From an uncultured Candidatus Rokubacteria bacterium (GTDB lineage Bacteria > Methylomirabilota > Methylomirabilia > Rokubacteriales > CSP1-6): a DNA stretch of 64,000 nt. A model generated the notes under the pieces. That model did no database searches. It saw only the letters and a list, made by a program, of their open reading frames with translations, and had not been told where the DNA came from. Shown piece after piece: positions 1 through 8,794 of this stretch. A program made the position numbers and the translations under genes. The DNA lies in contig CAVYTA010000001.1 of NCBI GenBank assembly GCA_963771355.1, positions 128,001-192,000 on the forward strand. The letters run 5' to 3'. Position 1 is the first letter of the stretch, and each line of letters opens with the position of its first letter.

Positions 1-465
1 ATCAAGTGGCCGAATGACGTGATCCTGGACGGGAAGAAGGTCGCGGGCACGCTGGTCGAGTGCGCGACACGCGGCCACGAGATCGATTTCCTCATCCTTG
101 GCGTCGGGGTGAACTTGAACGTCGACCCGGCGGCGTTGAGGGCCGCGCTCGACGGGAGCGGGTTTGCCGCGACTTCTGTGTCTCACGTCCTGGGCAGGAC
201 GATCGATCGGGACACCTTCGCCGCGTCGTACCTGAACCATCTCGGTCGATGGGTCAGCCGGCATCGTGCAAGCGGACCCGAAGCGATCCTCGCCGCATGG
301 CGCGATCGCGACATCCTGATCGGCCGACGCGTGCAGATCCGCGCACCCGACGGGGCCTACGAAGGCAGGGCGCGCGCGGTGGACGCCGCGGGCCGCCTCC
401 TGGTGGATGACTTTCTGGGAGGCCGTCATACCGTCATCTCGGAAGAGGTACGCATCCTCGACTGA
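1..465 (+). CDS. birA: Biotin-protein ligase, 5'-truncated by window edge
   Basis: Frame 1 from base 1 reads IKWPNDVILDGKKVAGTLVE...LGVGVNLN, with C-terminal GRARAVDAAGRLLV; these are BPL motifs. Confidence 0.9.
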   Translation: MKWPNDVILDGKKVAGTLVECATRGHEIDFLILGVGVNLNVDPAALRAALDGSGFAATSVSHVLGRTIDRDTFAASYLNHLGRWVSRHRASGPEAILAAWRDRDILIGRRVQIRAPDGAYEGRARAVDAAGRLLVDDFLGGRHTVISEEVRILD

Positions 466-510
466 GCGCAGGGTGGTAGACTCGGCCCGTCCGCGACACG
501 CGGACAGCCC

Positions 511-2094
511 ATGGAGCCCGGAAGCCCTCCAGAGCCACGGAGTGAAGTCGACGCCCTCCGCGCCCGCATCGCCGAGCTCGAGCACGCGAAGGCGGATCAG
601 GTGCGTGCGGAGAGCGCTCTGCGCGAGAGCCAGGAACGCGCGGGCGCCTTGCTCGAGTCGCCTTTCGAGGCCATCGTCATCACCGACGGCCAGGGCCGCA
701 TCGTGTCGGTGAATGCGAACGCGCTCGCGCTGTTCGATTACGAGCGCGACGGGCTGCTCGGCCAGCCGGTGGAACGTCTCGTTCCCGAGCGTTTTCGGGC
801 CAGCCACGTCTCCCACCGGGAGCGCTATGCCGCCAGCCCGTTCCCTCGCCCGATGGGGCGCGGCCTGGAGTTGGCCGGGCTGCGCCGGGATGGTACCGAG
901 TTCCCACTCGACGTGAGCCTGTCTTTCACCGAGACCGCCGACGGCATGCTTTTCCTCGCGTTCATTCGAGACTTGAGCGGGTCTCGCCGGAGTGACGAGG
1001 CCCGGCGCCGCATGGAGGCGCGGGCCGAGGCCTTGCTGGAAGCGGCGTCCGAAGGCATCGTGATCGTGGACCGGGCGGGCCGGATCGTCTCGGTCAACGC
1101 CAAGGCGGAGTCGTTGTTCGGCTACACGCGCTCGGAGATGCTCGGACGGTCACTCGAGATTCTGCTGCCCGAGCGACTGCGTGGGATCCACGCCGGCCAC
1201 CGCGACGGCTATTTCGCCGATCCGCGAATTCGCCCCATGGGCCGGGGACTCGATCTGGTGGGCCGCCGAAAGGACGGCTCCGAGTTCCCCATCGAGATCA
1301 GCCTGAGCTACATCGAAACGGAGGAGGGGCGCCAAGCCATGGCGTTCATCACCGACATCACGCAGCGGCGGGCGCTGGAACAGGCGTCCCGCCAGGCGGA
1401 GCGGTTGGCCTCCCTCGGCACGCTCGCCGCCGGCGTAGCGCACGAGATCAACAATCCCATGGGCATCCTGAACTCGCGCATCGAGGTGATGCTCATGGAG
1501 GCGCCGGACCGTGGCTTTCCGGCCGACGTCATCGAGGATCTCCGCGTGTTGCACCGGAATGTCGCGCGCGTCTCTCGCATTGCCCAGGGGCTCCTGTCCT
1601 TCGCCCGGGGCACCCCTACCGTCCGCGCCCGAGTGAATCTGAACGAGGTCATCGAGGAAACCCTGCTGCTCACCCGGAACCAGATGGGGAAGGACGGCAT
1701 CGAGATCCAGAGCTTACTGGACGCGCGGCCGCTCTTCGTCCTGGGCCACGGAAACGCGCTCGAGCAGGTGCTCCTCAACCTCCTCACCAACGCGCAGGCC
1801 GCGATCACCGGTCCGGGCCGGGTACTCATCACGACCGAGCTGGTGCCGGGCCCTCCCGGTCGCGTGCGCCTGACGGTGAGCGACACGGGCGGTGGGATTC
1901 CGGCCGACGTCGTCCCGCGGATCTTCGACCCGTTCTACACGACCAGGGAGACCGGAACCGGGCTCGGTCTTTCCCTGACCTACGGCATCATCCGTGACCA
2001 CGACGGCACGATCGACGTGGAGTCGCGGCCCGGCGAGGGGACGACCTTCACGCTCACCTTCCCGGAATGGCAGGGGGACGTGGACACGACCTAA
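511..2094 (+). CDS. Cytoplasmic PAS-PAS sensor histidine kinase (NtrB-like)
   Basis: Two similar PAS/PAC repeats (RPMGRGL..GRRKDGSEFP), H-box LAAGVAHEINNP, N-box NLLTNA, DTGGG, FDPFYTT, GTGLGL. Confidence 0.92.
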   Translation: MEPGSPPEPRSEVDALRARIAELEHAKADQVRAESALRESQERAGALLESPFEAIVITDGQGRIVSVNANALALFDYERDGLLGQPVERLVPERFRASHVSHRERYAASPFPRPMGRGLELAGLRRDGTEFPLDVSLSFTETADGMLFLAFIRDLSGSRRSDEARRRMEARAEALLEAASEGIVIVDRAGRIVSVNAKAESLFGYTRSEMLGRSLEILLPERLRGIHAGHRDGYFADPRIRPMGRGLDLVGRRKDGSEFPIEISLSYIETEEGRQAMAFITDITQRRALEQASRQAERLASLGTLAAGVAHEINNPMGILNSRIEVMLMEAPDRGFPADVIEDLRVLHRNVARVSRIAQGLLSFARGTPTVRARVNLNEVIEETLLLTRNQMGKDGIEIQSLLDARPLFVLGHGNALEQVLLNLLTNAQAAITGPGRVLITTELVPGPPGRVRLTVSDTGGGIPADVVPRIFDPFYTTRETGTGLGLSLTYGIIRDHDGTIDVESRPGEGTTFTLTFPEWQGDVDTT

Positions 2095-2205
2095 GAGACG
2101 CAGTGGGGCGGTACCGCACCGGGAACGGGGTGCCCTTGCCACACAGGCGTGCCCCACTCTCCCTCCGAAGTGCCGGAACTAAGTGAAACAACGGACAATC
2201 CGGGA

Positions 2206-2220
2206 TGGCACCGGGGTTGC
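2206..2220 (+). promoter_or_regulatory. sigma54 -24/-12 promoter
   Basis: TGGCACCGGGGTTGC = TGGCAC-N5-TTGC, just upstream of ATG 2234. Confidence 0.8.
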
Positions 2221-2233
2221 TCTCTTCTGGGTC

Positions 2234-3589
2234 ATGACAACCAATACCCAGGAGTTCCCTTCTCCCCCGACCACCGATCCGGCTCCCCTCGTGCGCCAGA
2301 TCCCCACCCAGGGGCGCGCCTGCCTGAGCTATCTCATCGCGGATCCCGAGTCTCGGCTGGCCGTGGTGGTCGACCCGCGCCGTGACCAGGTAGACACCTA
2401 TCTCGACCTGCTGAAGCGGGAGGGGTTCCGGCTCGAGATCGTGATCGACACGCATACGCACGCGGATCATCTGTCCGGGGCCGCAGAGCTCGCGCGACGC
2501 ATCGGGGTGCCGTACGCGATGCTCGAGGGACACCGGGTGACCGCCGTCTCTCGCACCTTGACCGCAGGCGAACGTGTCCAGGTCGGCCGGCTCGCGCTCG
2601 AGATCGTGGCCAGCCCCGGCCATACGCCGGATGGCCTCGCCATCTGGACCAATGGCCACCTCTTCACCGGCGACACGCTCCTCATCGGCGGAGCCGGCCG
2701 TGCCGACTTCACGGAAGGCGATCCCGGCCAGCTCTACGACAGCCTGCAGCGGCTGGCCCACTTCCCGCCCGACTCCGTGGTCTGGCCCGCGCACGACTAT
2801 CACGGCCATCGCCAGAGCACGCTCCGCCGTGAGCGGGAGACGAACCCCCTCTACTCGGCCGGCGATCGCGCGGCGGTCGTCGAGCGGCTGGCCGCGCGCG
2901 GGCCCCTGCCGCCGGGCATGGCCGAGGTCCTGGCCTTCAATCGCCGGGGAGACGAGCCGGGCGCCGATATCGATCCCCGGACCGTTCACGAGATGCTGCA
3001 GGCCGATCCCACCGCGCTCCGCCTCGTCGACGTCCGGACGAGGCAGGAGGTCGACGCCACGAGCATCGCCGGCGCGACGAACGTGCCCCTGGATGAGTTC
3101 GAGGAGCATATCGGCGAGCTCCGCGCCTCGGCGAGCCTCCTGGTACTGCTGTGCGAGTCGGGCAACCGCGCGCGCCTCGCGGCGCAGATCCTCGAGCGTC
3201 ACGACGTGGACCGCTATCGCGTCCTCCACGGGGGTATGCGGGGCTGGGTGAAGGCGGGGCTGCCGCATCAGGGTGGCCGCCGGGTCCTGCCGATCATGCG
3301 TCAGGTCCAGCTCGCCGCCGGGTTGCTGGTCCTCACCGGCCTGGGACTCGGCGCCTTCGTCGATCACTGGTTCTATCTCATCAGCGCGCTTGCGGGCGGG
3401 GGGCTGACCGTGGCCGGCCTCACGGGCTATTGCGGCATGGCGCTCCTGCTGGCGCGGATGCCCTGGAACCGCGTGGCGCGGCCGGCGGCCGCGGCGGGTC
3501 CGATCGCAAACGGCGTCACGGGGACGTGCGAGACCGGCGGCGCGGCGCCTCGCGGCGAGCCTGCCCGCGGCAACTGCGAGACGCCATGA
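2234..3589 (+). CDS. MBL-fold persulfide dioxygenase (ETHE1-like) fused to rhodanese and YgaP/DUF2892 membrane domain
   Basis: THTHADH, SPGHT, FTGDTL, PAHDY; rhodanese DVR...LCESGNRA; C-terminal RQVQLAAG..GLTGYCGMALLLARMPWN. Confidence 0.85.
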   Translation: MTTNTQEFPSPPTTDPAPLVRQIPTQGRACLSYLIADPESRLAVVVDPRRDQVDTYLDLLKREGFRLEIVIDTHTHADHLSGAAELARRIGVPYAMLEGHRVTAVSRTLTAGERVQVGRLALEIVASPGHTPDGLAIWTNGHLFTGDTLLIGGAGRADFTEGDPGQLYDSLQRLAHFPPDSVVWPAHDYHGHRQSTLRRERETNPLYSAGDRAAVVERLAARGPLPPGMAEVLAFNRRGDEPGADIDPRTVHEMLQADPTALRLVDVRTRQEVDATSIAGATNVPLDEFEEHIGELRASASLLVLLCESGNRARLAAQILERHDVDRYRVLHGGMRGWVKAGLPHQGGRRVLPIMRQVQLAAGLLVLTGLGLGAFVDHWFYLISALAGGGLTVAGLTGYCGMALLLARMPWNRVARPAAAAGPIANGVTGTCETGGAAPRGEPARGNCETP

Positions 3590-3618
3590 GATGGGTGATC
3601 TGGATGAAAGGAGTCGCG

Positions 3619-4041
3619 ATGAAAGTGCGTGACCTCATGACCACTACCCCGACCACGGTTTCTCCGAAGATGCCGGTACTCGAGGCCAGGGAGCTCATGG
3701 CCAAGGGCCGCTTCCGCCATCTGCTGGTCGTCGAGGATGGGTCCTTGATGGGCGTGATCACGGACCGTGACATCCGCCTCAATCTGCCGTCTCAGGCCAC
3801 GAGTCTGTCGGTGTGGGAGCTGAACTATCTTCTCGCTCGACTCACCGTGGGGACCGTGATGACCAAGGCCGTGGTCATGGTGGAGCCAGCGCGCGAGGCG
3901 GTGGAAGCGGCCCGGTTGATGCTGGACCACAAGATCGGCTGCCTCGCCGTCACCGAGGGTGACCGGGTGGTGGGGATTGTCACCGAATCAGACTTCCTCC
4001 GCGCATTCGTCCTGCTCGCGTCGCCCCCGGCCGCGCACTGA
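3619..4041 (+). CDS. CBS-pair protein (AcuB-like)
   Basis: AAGGAG RBS then MKVRDLMT; RHLLVV..GVITDRD; KIGCLAV..GIVTESD. Confidence 0.88.
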   Translation: MKVRDLMTTTPTTVSPKMPVLEARELMAKGRFRHLLVVEDGSLMGVITDRDIRLNLPSQATSLSVWELNYLLARLTVGTVMTKAVVMVEPAREAVEAARLMLDHKIGCLAVTEGDRVVGIVTESDFLRAFVLLASPPAAH

Positions 4042-4056
4042 GGTCGGGTCCCCCGC

Positions 4057-4476
4057 ATGAGCGCCACTCGCGCCATCCGGATCCTCGTCGTTGACGACGA
4101 GGCGGACCTGGTCGCGACGTACCGTCGTCTGTTCCACCGTCACGGCTACGATGTGACGTCGGCGGCAACGCGCGCGGGTGGTCTCTTGCTCATCGACTCG
4201 TGGCCGCCCGATCTCATCATCACGGATCTGGAATTGCCGGACGGCGACGGGCTGGATCTCGTTCGCGCGGCCCGCGGTGCCTCGGCGACCTCTGGGATCA
4301 TCGTGGTCAGCGGACGCTCATCGAGTGGCGCGCGGGAGGAAGCCATCGCGGCCGGCGCCTCCGCCTTCGTCGCCAAGCCCTTCTCGGCCGCCGCGCTGCG
4401 CGACCTCGTGCGGTCACTCCTCGATCATCCGCGAACTGACACCGGCCGCCGGGACAGCAATGTCCCACTGCGGTAG
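4057..4476 (+). CDS. Single-domain response regulator receiver
   Basis: ILVVDDE, DLIITDLELPDGDG, VVSG, FVAKPF. Confidence 0.88.
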   Translation: MSATRAIRILVVDDEADLVATYRRLFHRHGYDVTSAATRAGGLLLIDSWPPDLIITDLELPDGDGLDLVRAARGASATSGIIVVSGRSSSGAREEAIAAGASAFVAKPFSAAALRDLVRSLLDHPRTDTGRRDSNVPLR

Positions 4477-4538
4477 CTGGGCCTCGTCGCAAGTTCGCTG
4501 AGCGCTCACAAGTTCGTGTTTTGACTCATATCTCAGGA

Positions 4539-4553
4539 TGGCACACCGGTTGC
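4539..4553 (+). promoter_or_regulatory. sigma54 -24/-12 promoter for the USP operon
   Basis: TGGCACACCGGTTGC; AGGAGG RBS and ATG 4582 follow. Confidence 0.82.
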
Positions 4554-4581
4554 TGCTGGTGCTGGCCAGGAGGACAGGACA

Positions 4582-5073
4582 ATGAATGTGAAGCGCATCA
4601 TGGTGGCCCTGGATGGTTCGACCCTCGCCGAACGTGCTCTCGCCCCGGCGGCCGAGTTGGCCCGGGACGCGTCCGCCACGCTCGTGCTCATGCGAGCGGT
4701 CGAAGCGCCGATCATGCACGGCTCCGATCTCATCGAGGCGCAGGTGGCGGTGGTGCGCGACGCGGAGGTTTATCTGGATGAGCAGGCGAGACGTCTCCGA
4801 CGTGACGGGATCGCGCGCGTGGTGACGTCAGTCTGGTACGGAGCGCCGGCGCCCAGCATCGTGGAGGCGGCTCACCGGCGGGAGGCGGATCTCATCGTGA
4901 TGTCCAGCCACGGGCGGAGCGGCATCGGTCGACTTGTTCTCGGCAGCGTGGCCGAGTCGGTCCTGCGCGCCACGTCCAAGTCGATCCTGCTGGTCCGGGC
5001 CCCCAGCGCCCCCGTTGATACTCCCGTGCGGACGATCGAGCCCCGTGAAGCCAAGGAGGCCCTCCATGCCTAG
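4582..5073 (+). CDS. Universal stress protein
   Basis: IMVALDGS; DLIVMSSHGRSGIGRLVLGSVAESV. Confidence 0.92.
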   Translation: MNVKRIMVALDGSTLAERALAPAAELARDASATLVLMRAVEAPIMHGSDLIEAQVAVVRDAEVYLDEQARRLRRDGIARVVTSVWYGAPAPSIVEAAHRREADLIVMSSHGRSGIGRLVLGSVAESVLRATSKSILLVRAPSAPVDTPVRTIEPREAKEALHA

Positions 5074-5531
5074 CGCGAAGAGTGGATCCGTCCGTCACAT
5101 CCTGTATCCGTCGGATTTTTCGCCGGCGTCCAGCGCCGCCTTCACGAAAGCGCTGGCGCTGGCCCGGGACGCCAAGGCGCAGCTGACCATCGTGCACGTC
5201 CTGAGCCCCTCGGTGGTGCTGCCCGTCGACGGCTACGTGGCGCCCAGTGTCTACGACGACATTCAGCGCTCTGTCGAGAGCGCATGCGCGGAGGAAACTC
5301 GCTGCCTTGCTCGCGCGGGCGCGAAAAGCCGGCGTGGGCGCCAAAACCGCGCTGATCCAAGGCGTGGCCGCCGAACGGATCGTGGCGGCGGCTCGGCGGA
5401 ACCGCGCCGATCTCATCGTGATCGGCACGCATGGTCGGACGGGCCTGGCCCGTTTAATGCTCGGGAGCGTGGCGTCGCGCGTGGTGGCTACCGCCGCCTG
5501 CCCGGTTCTCACGGTGCGAGGGCGGGGATAG
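5066..5531 (+). pseudogene. Universal stress protein interrupted by a 1-bp frameshift near 5280 (real lesion or sequencing error)
   Basis: N-half ILYPSDFSPAS..IVHV in the frame of ATG 5066; C-half AHARRKL..DLIVIGTHGRTGLARLMLGSVASRV in the next frame, stop at 5531. Confidence 0.8.
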
Positions 5532-5545
5532 GGAGAGGCCAGGGC

Positions 5546-6130
5546 ATGTCATTTCACACGATTGTGCTGGCCACCGATTTCTCGCCGGCCGTCCGGGAAG
5601 CGGAAAGGCTCGCGGGCGAGCTCGCCCGGCCGGCGAACGCCACTCTTCATCTCGTTCACGTCGTGCCACTCTGGTCCTCGCCCGGGGAGGCGGCGCAAAA
5701 GCTCGCCACGATCGAGGGCGCCGTCGGTCCGGGTCTCAAGAGAGTGACCGCGCTGCTGCTGTTTGGATCCGCGGCGCGGGTGATCGTGACATACGCCCGC
5801 GACCAGGGCGCGGACCTGATCGTGGTGGGCACGCACGGGAGGACCGGCGTGAGCCGCGTGCTCATGGGTAGCGTGGCCGAGGCGGTTGCCCGCCTGGCGC
5901 CCTGCCCCGTTCTGATCGTGCCCGCGCCCACGGAGGTCGCGACGACGGAGACGCCGAAGGAGGCCGCCGCCCGGACCGCGGCGGAAACGCCCGCCTCCCG
6001 TCGCTGCGCGGTCTGCGCCGGTGAGACGGAGGATCTGATCTGCGAGACGTGCCGGGCCCGCATTCGGGGAGAGGCGCTCGAGCAGAAGCGCGACGCGGAG
6101 CGGAGCGGGCGCCGGGGCTCGCCCGCCTAG
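5546..6130 (+). CDS. Universal stress protein with C-terminal CxxC...CxxC extension
   Basis: IVLATDFS; DLIVVGTHGRTGVSRVLMGSVAE; tail CAVC..ICETC. Confidence 0.88.
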   Translation: MSFHTIVLATDFSPAVREAERLAGELARPANATLHLVHVVPLWSSPGEAAQKLATIEGAVGPGLKRVTALLLFGSAARVIVTYARDQGADLIVVGTHGRTGVSRVLMGSVAEAVARLAPCPVLIVPAPTEVATTETPKEAAARTAAETPASRRCAVCAGETEDLICETCRARIRGEALEQKRDAERSGRRGSPA

Positions 6131-6810
6131 AGCTCGCCCTTCCAGGCCCTGCGGTCCGTATCGACGGCCAGGCGGTTGTCGACACGCCGGACGCCCTCGA
6201 TAGTACGCGCGAGGCTTTCGAGGGCCTCGCGCTCGGCTGGTGATCCTACGACGCCCCAGAGCGCGATAACCCCATCGCTTGCCTCCACGACGACGGCGCG
6301 GGGCTCCCACCCTCCCCGGTTGATTCGTGCGCGCATGGCGGACACCAGACGGGTGTCGGGCTCCGGCGGCGCGACAGGGAATCGGGCAAGGGCCCGGACG
6401 AGATCTCCCCGGCTCACGAGGCCGACGAGGCGCCCACCCGAGACGACGGGGACGCGCCGGATGCCGTGCTCGTCGAGCACCTGCGCGGCCGCTGCGACCG
6501 GCAGGTCGGGCCCCACGGTGAGCGCCGGGTGGGTCATGACCTCTCCGACCGTGATATCGCCCGCGGAAGGGAACTCGTAGGCGGATGAATCGTCACCTCG
6601 GAGCACACCGTGCCACCAGGGCGCGCGGCGCCGGGGCCGGTGGCGAACGACAAGGTCGCCGTCGCTGACCATCCCGACCACCATGCCGTCGTCGTCGACC
6701 ACGGGAAGCCCGCTCACCCCGTGGGAAATCATGAGCCGGGCGGCGTCCTGTATCGAGACTCCTGGCGTCACGGCGATCACATCCCAGTTCATGACCTCCG
6801 CGATGTTCAT
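6127..6810 (-). CDS. CBS-pair plus BON domain protein
   Basis: GGAGGA RBS, MNIAEVMN; SGLPVV..GMVSDGD; RRVPVV..GLVSRGD; BON GVIALWGVV..IEGVRRVDNRL. Confidence 0.88.
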   Translation of the reverse strand: MNIAEVMNWDVIAVTPGVSIQDAARLMISHGVSGLPVVDDDGMVVGMVSDGDLVVRHRPRRRAPWWHGVLRGDDSSAYEFPSAGDITVGEVMTHPALTVGPDLPVAAAAQVLDEHGIRRVPVVSGGRLVGLVSRGDLVRALARFPVAPPEPDTRLVSAMRARINRGGWEPRAVVVEASDGVIALWGVVGSPAEREALESLARTIEGVRRVDNRLAVDTDRRAWKGEL

Positions 6811-6837
6811 CGCGCGCTCCTCCCGACCTCGCGAAGT

Positions 6838-6852
6838 GCAAGCCGGATGCCG
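6838..6852 (-). promoter_or_regulatory. sigma54 promoter for the CBS-BON gene
   Basis: Reverse strand CGGCATCCGGCTTGC (GG-N10-GC), upstream of the RBS. Confidence 0.72.
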
Positions 6853-7036
6853 CGCGATAATCGACGAGATATTCGCGAGATTCGCACCGACTCCCCGTGC
6901 GCCTCGGGGCGGCGCCACCCCAGGGCGGGCACCGGCGCCCCAGTGATGGCAGAGTCGGTTCTGCCACTCCGGGCCGCCGGACCGAGAGCCGTCCATCTGG
7001 TGAGGAGATAGCGCGCGCTTCGAGCGCGGGGTGTTC

Positions 7037-7051
7037 TGGCAGCAAGGTTGC
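7037..7051 (+). promoter_or_regulatory. sigma54 promoter for the aeRF1-like operon
   Basis: TGGCAGCAAGGTTGC followed by AGGAGGA at about 7072. Confidence 0.75.
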
Positions 7052-7085
7052 AATACATGCTCCCAAGCAAAAGGAGGAATCCCCC

Positions 7086-7304
7086 TTGGTAAGCCGGCCG
7101 AAGTCCGCACGCCGCAAGACAACGCTCCCATCCCGTTCCGCCAAGGCCGGCCGGCCGCCCGAGGAGCGCGTGCTCGCGCCGCGGGTGCGGCGCCGCCAGA
7201 AGTCCGCGCAGACGGCCTTCAGCAAGGACACCACGATTCACCAGGCCCCCGGCGGCTCTCGGGCTACCTGGCCGGCGAGCAGACCGAAGTTCAAGAAGCG
7301 ATAG
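7086..7304 (+). CDS. Small, very basic hypothetical protein (72 aa, TTG start)
   Basis: AGGAGGA 7 nt before TTG, downstream of the sigma54 motif; K/R-rich; ends 24 nt before the next gene. Confidence 0.5.
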   Translation: MVSRPKSARRKTTLPSRSAKAGRPPEERVLAPRVRRRQKSAQTAFSKDTTIHQAPGGSRATWPASRPKFKKR

Positions 7305-7328
7305 ATCCCCGAGTCCAAGGAGACGTCG

Positions 7329-8459
7329 ATGAACGACCTGGCCGAACGCGTGAAAGAGCTGGCCGGTATCGCCCCGAGCGAGACGCCCGTGGTAAGCGTG
7401 TACCTCGACACGCGCTGGAAGGACGAGCAGCAGCGGGAGCGGACGCGGGTATTCCTCAAGAACGAGCTCGCCAAGGCGCGAGACTCGGCCGGCGGGGCGC
7501 GCCTTGCGGCCGATCTCGACTGGATCCGCGGCGAGGCCGAAGCTCTCATCGGGCGTCCGAGCAGGCCCGATGCCCTCGGGGTCGCGCTGTTCGGGGGCGG
7601 GAGCCGCGGCTTGCGCGAGATCCTGCCGGTGGCGGCTCCAATCGAGAACGCCTTCGTGGTCGCCGAGACGCCGTTCCTCCGTCCTCTCCTGGGGCTGGCC
7701 GGTGAAAATCTCTCGTCGATGGTGGTGTTCGTGGACGCCAAGCGCGCCCGCTTGATCCCATTCACCGCGCAAGGGGCGGGCGAAGAGATCACCCTGGAGC
7801 ACGAGGTGGCGGGGCACCACCGCCAGGGCGGCTGGAGCCTCCTTGCGCAGTCGCGCTACCAGCGCCGGATGAATGAACAACGGAGCCAGCATCTCGAGGC
7901 GGTGGCCGAGTCCCTCGAGGCGGCGCTGGCCGGGAGCCCCGCCGCGCGCGTCGTACTCGCCGGAGAGGTCCGCGCCGTGGCCACGTTCCGGGACCTGCTC
8001 GAGCCCGGGCTTCGAGCGCGCCTCGCGGGAGAGGTCTCGGGGACCTGGTACGAGTCGGGCAGTGCGCTGGTCCGACGCGCGACGGAGGTGCTGCAGGAGA
8101 GCCGGCAGCGCGAGGCGCGTGCCTCCGTGGACGCGATGCTGACCGAGGCCGCCAAGGGCGGCCGGGCCGCCGCCGGGCTGGGCTTCGTTCTCCAGGCGCT
8201 GAGCCGGGGCGCCGTCCATCGGCTCTATCTGCTCGAGAGCTTCCGCGAGCCCGGCCGAGCCTGCGCGACGTGCGGAGGTCTCCATGCCGGTGATGAGCCC
8301 GCGTGCCGGTTCTGCGGCAAGGCCACGCGACCGGTTGAGCTCGGGGAGCGCATCGCGGAGCGGGTGATCGCCGACGGCGGCACGGTCGAGACGCTCCTGG
8401 AGCATGAGGGACTGGCGGATGCCGGCGGGATCGCGGCGGAGCTTCGCTATGCGCTCTAG
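7329..8459 (+). CDS. Bacterial archaeo-eukaryotic release factor-like protein (baeRF1 / Vms1-type peptidyl-tRNA hydrolase family)
   Basis: VVSVYLD N-terminus; loop HHRQGGWSLLAQSRYQR; VVLAG; eRF1 domain-3-like C-terminus with CATC/CRFC and GGIAAELRY. Confidence 0.8.
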   Translation: MNDLAERVKELAGIAPSETPVVSVYLDTRWKDEQQRERTRVFLKNELAKARDSAGGARLAADLDWIRGEAEALIGRPSRPDALGVALFGGGSRGLREILPVAAPIENAFVVAETPFLRPLLGLAGENLSSMVVFVDAKRARLIPFTAQGAGEEITLEHEVAGHHRQGGWSLLAQSRYQRRMNEQRSQHLEAVAESLEAALAGSPAARVVLAGEVRAVATFRDLLEPGLRARLAGEVSGTWYESGSALVRRATEVLQESRQREARASVDAMLTEAAKGGRAAAGLGFVLQALSRGAVHRLYLLESFREPGRACATCGGLHAGDEPACRFCGKATRPVELGERIAERVIADGGTVETLLEHEGLADAGGIAAELRYAL

Positions 8460-8772
8460 GGTCTTCGTGAGCGCGCTGATGCTGGCGCTCGCGCCGGCGG
8501 TTCTCGGGACACGCCCGGGCTCGGCGGCCGAGAGCACGCCGGGCGAAAAGGTCTTCTACGACCAGGGCTGCCACGGTTGTCACACCGTGGGCAAGGCGGG
8601 CACGCCCATCGGGCCGGATCTCTCGCGCATCGGCGCCAAGCGGTCGCGGGCGTATCTGGTCGGCTGGCTCAAGGATCCGGCGGCGCAGGCGCCGCGCGCG
8701 CACATGCCCCGCATCCGGCTCTCGAAGGCCGAGATCGAGCGCCTGGCGACCTATTTGAGCGAGCTCAAATGA
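8449..8772 (+). CDS. Monoheme cytochrome c with signal peptide
   Basis: CHGCH, GPDL, distal Met in HMP; hydrophobic N-terminus. Confidence 0.88.
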   Translation: MRSRVFVSALMLALAPAVLGTRPGSAAESTPGEKVFYDQGCHGCHTVGKAGTPIGPDLSRIGAKRSRAYLVGWLKDPAAQAPRAHMPRIRLSKAEIERLATYLSELK

Positions 8773-8794
8773 AACCGCTCGGCAGAGGCGCATC

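Noticed and set aside
4521..4534. FNR box TTGACTCATATCTC
   Set aside because: Three mismatches to TTGAT-N4-ATCAA, and it abuts a sigma54 motif; not supportable
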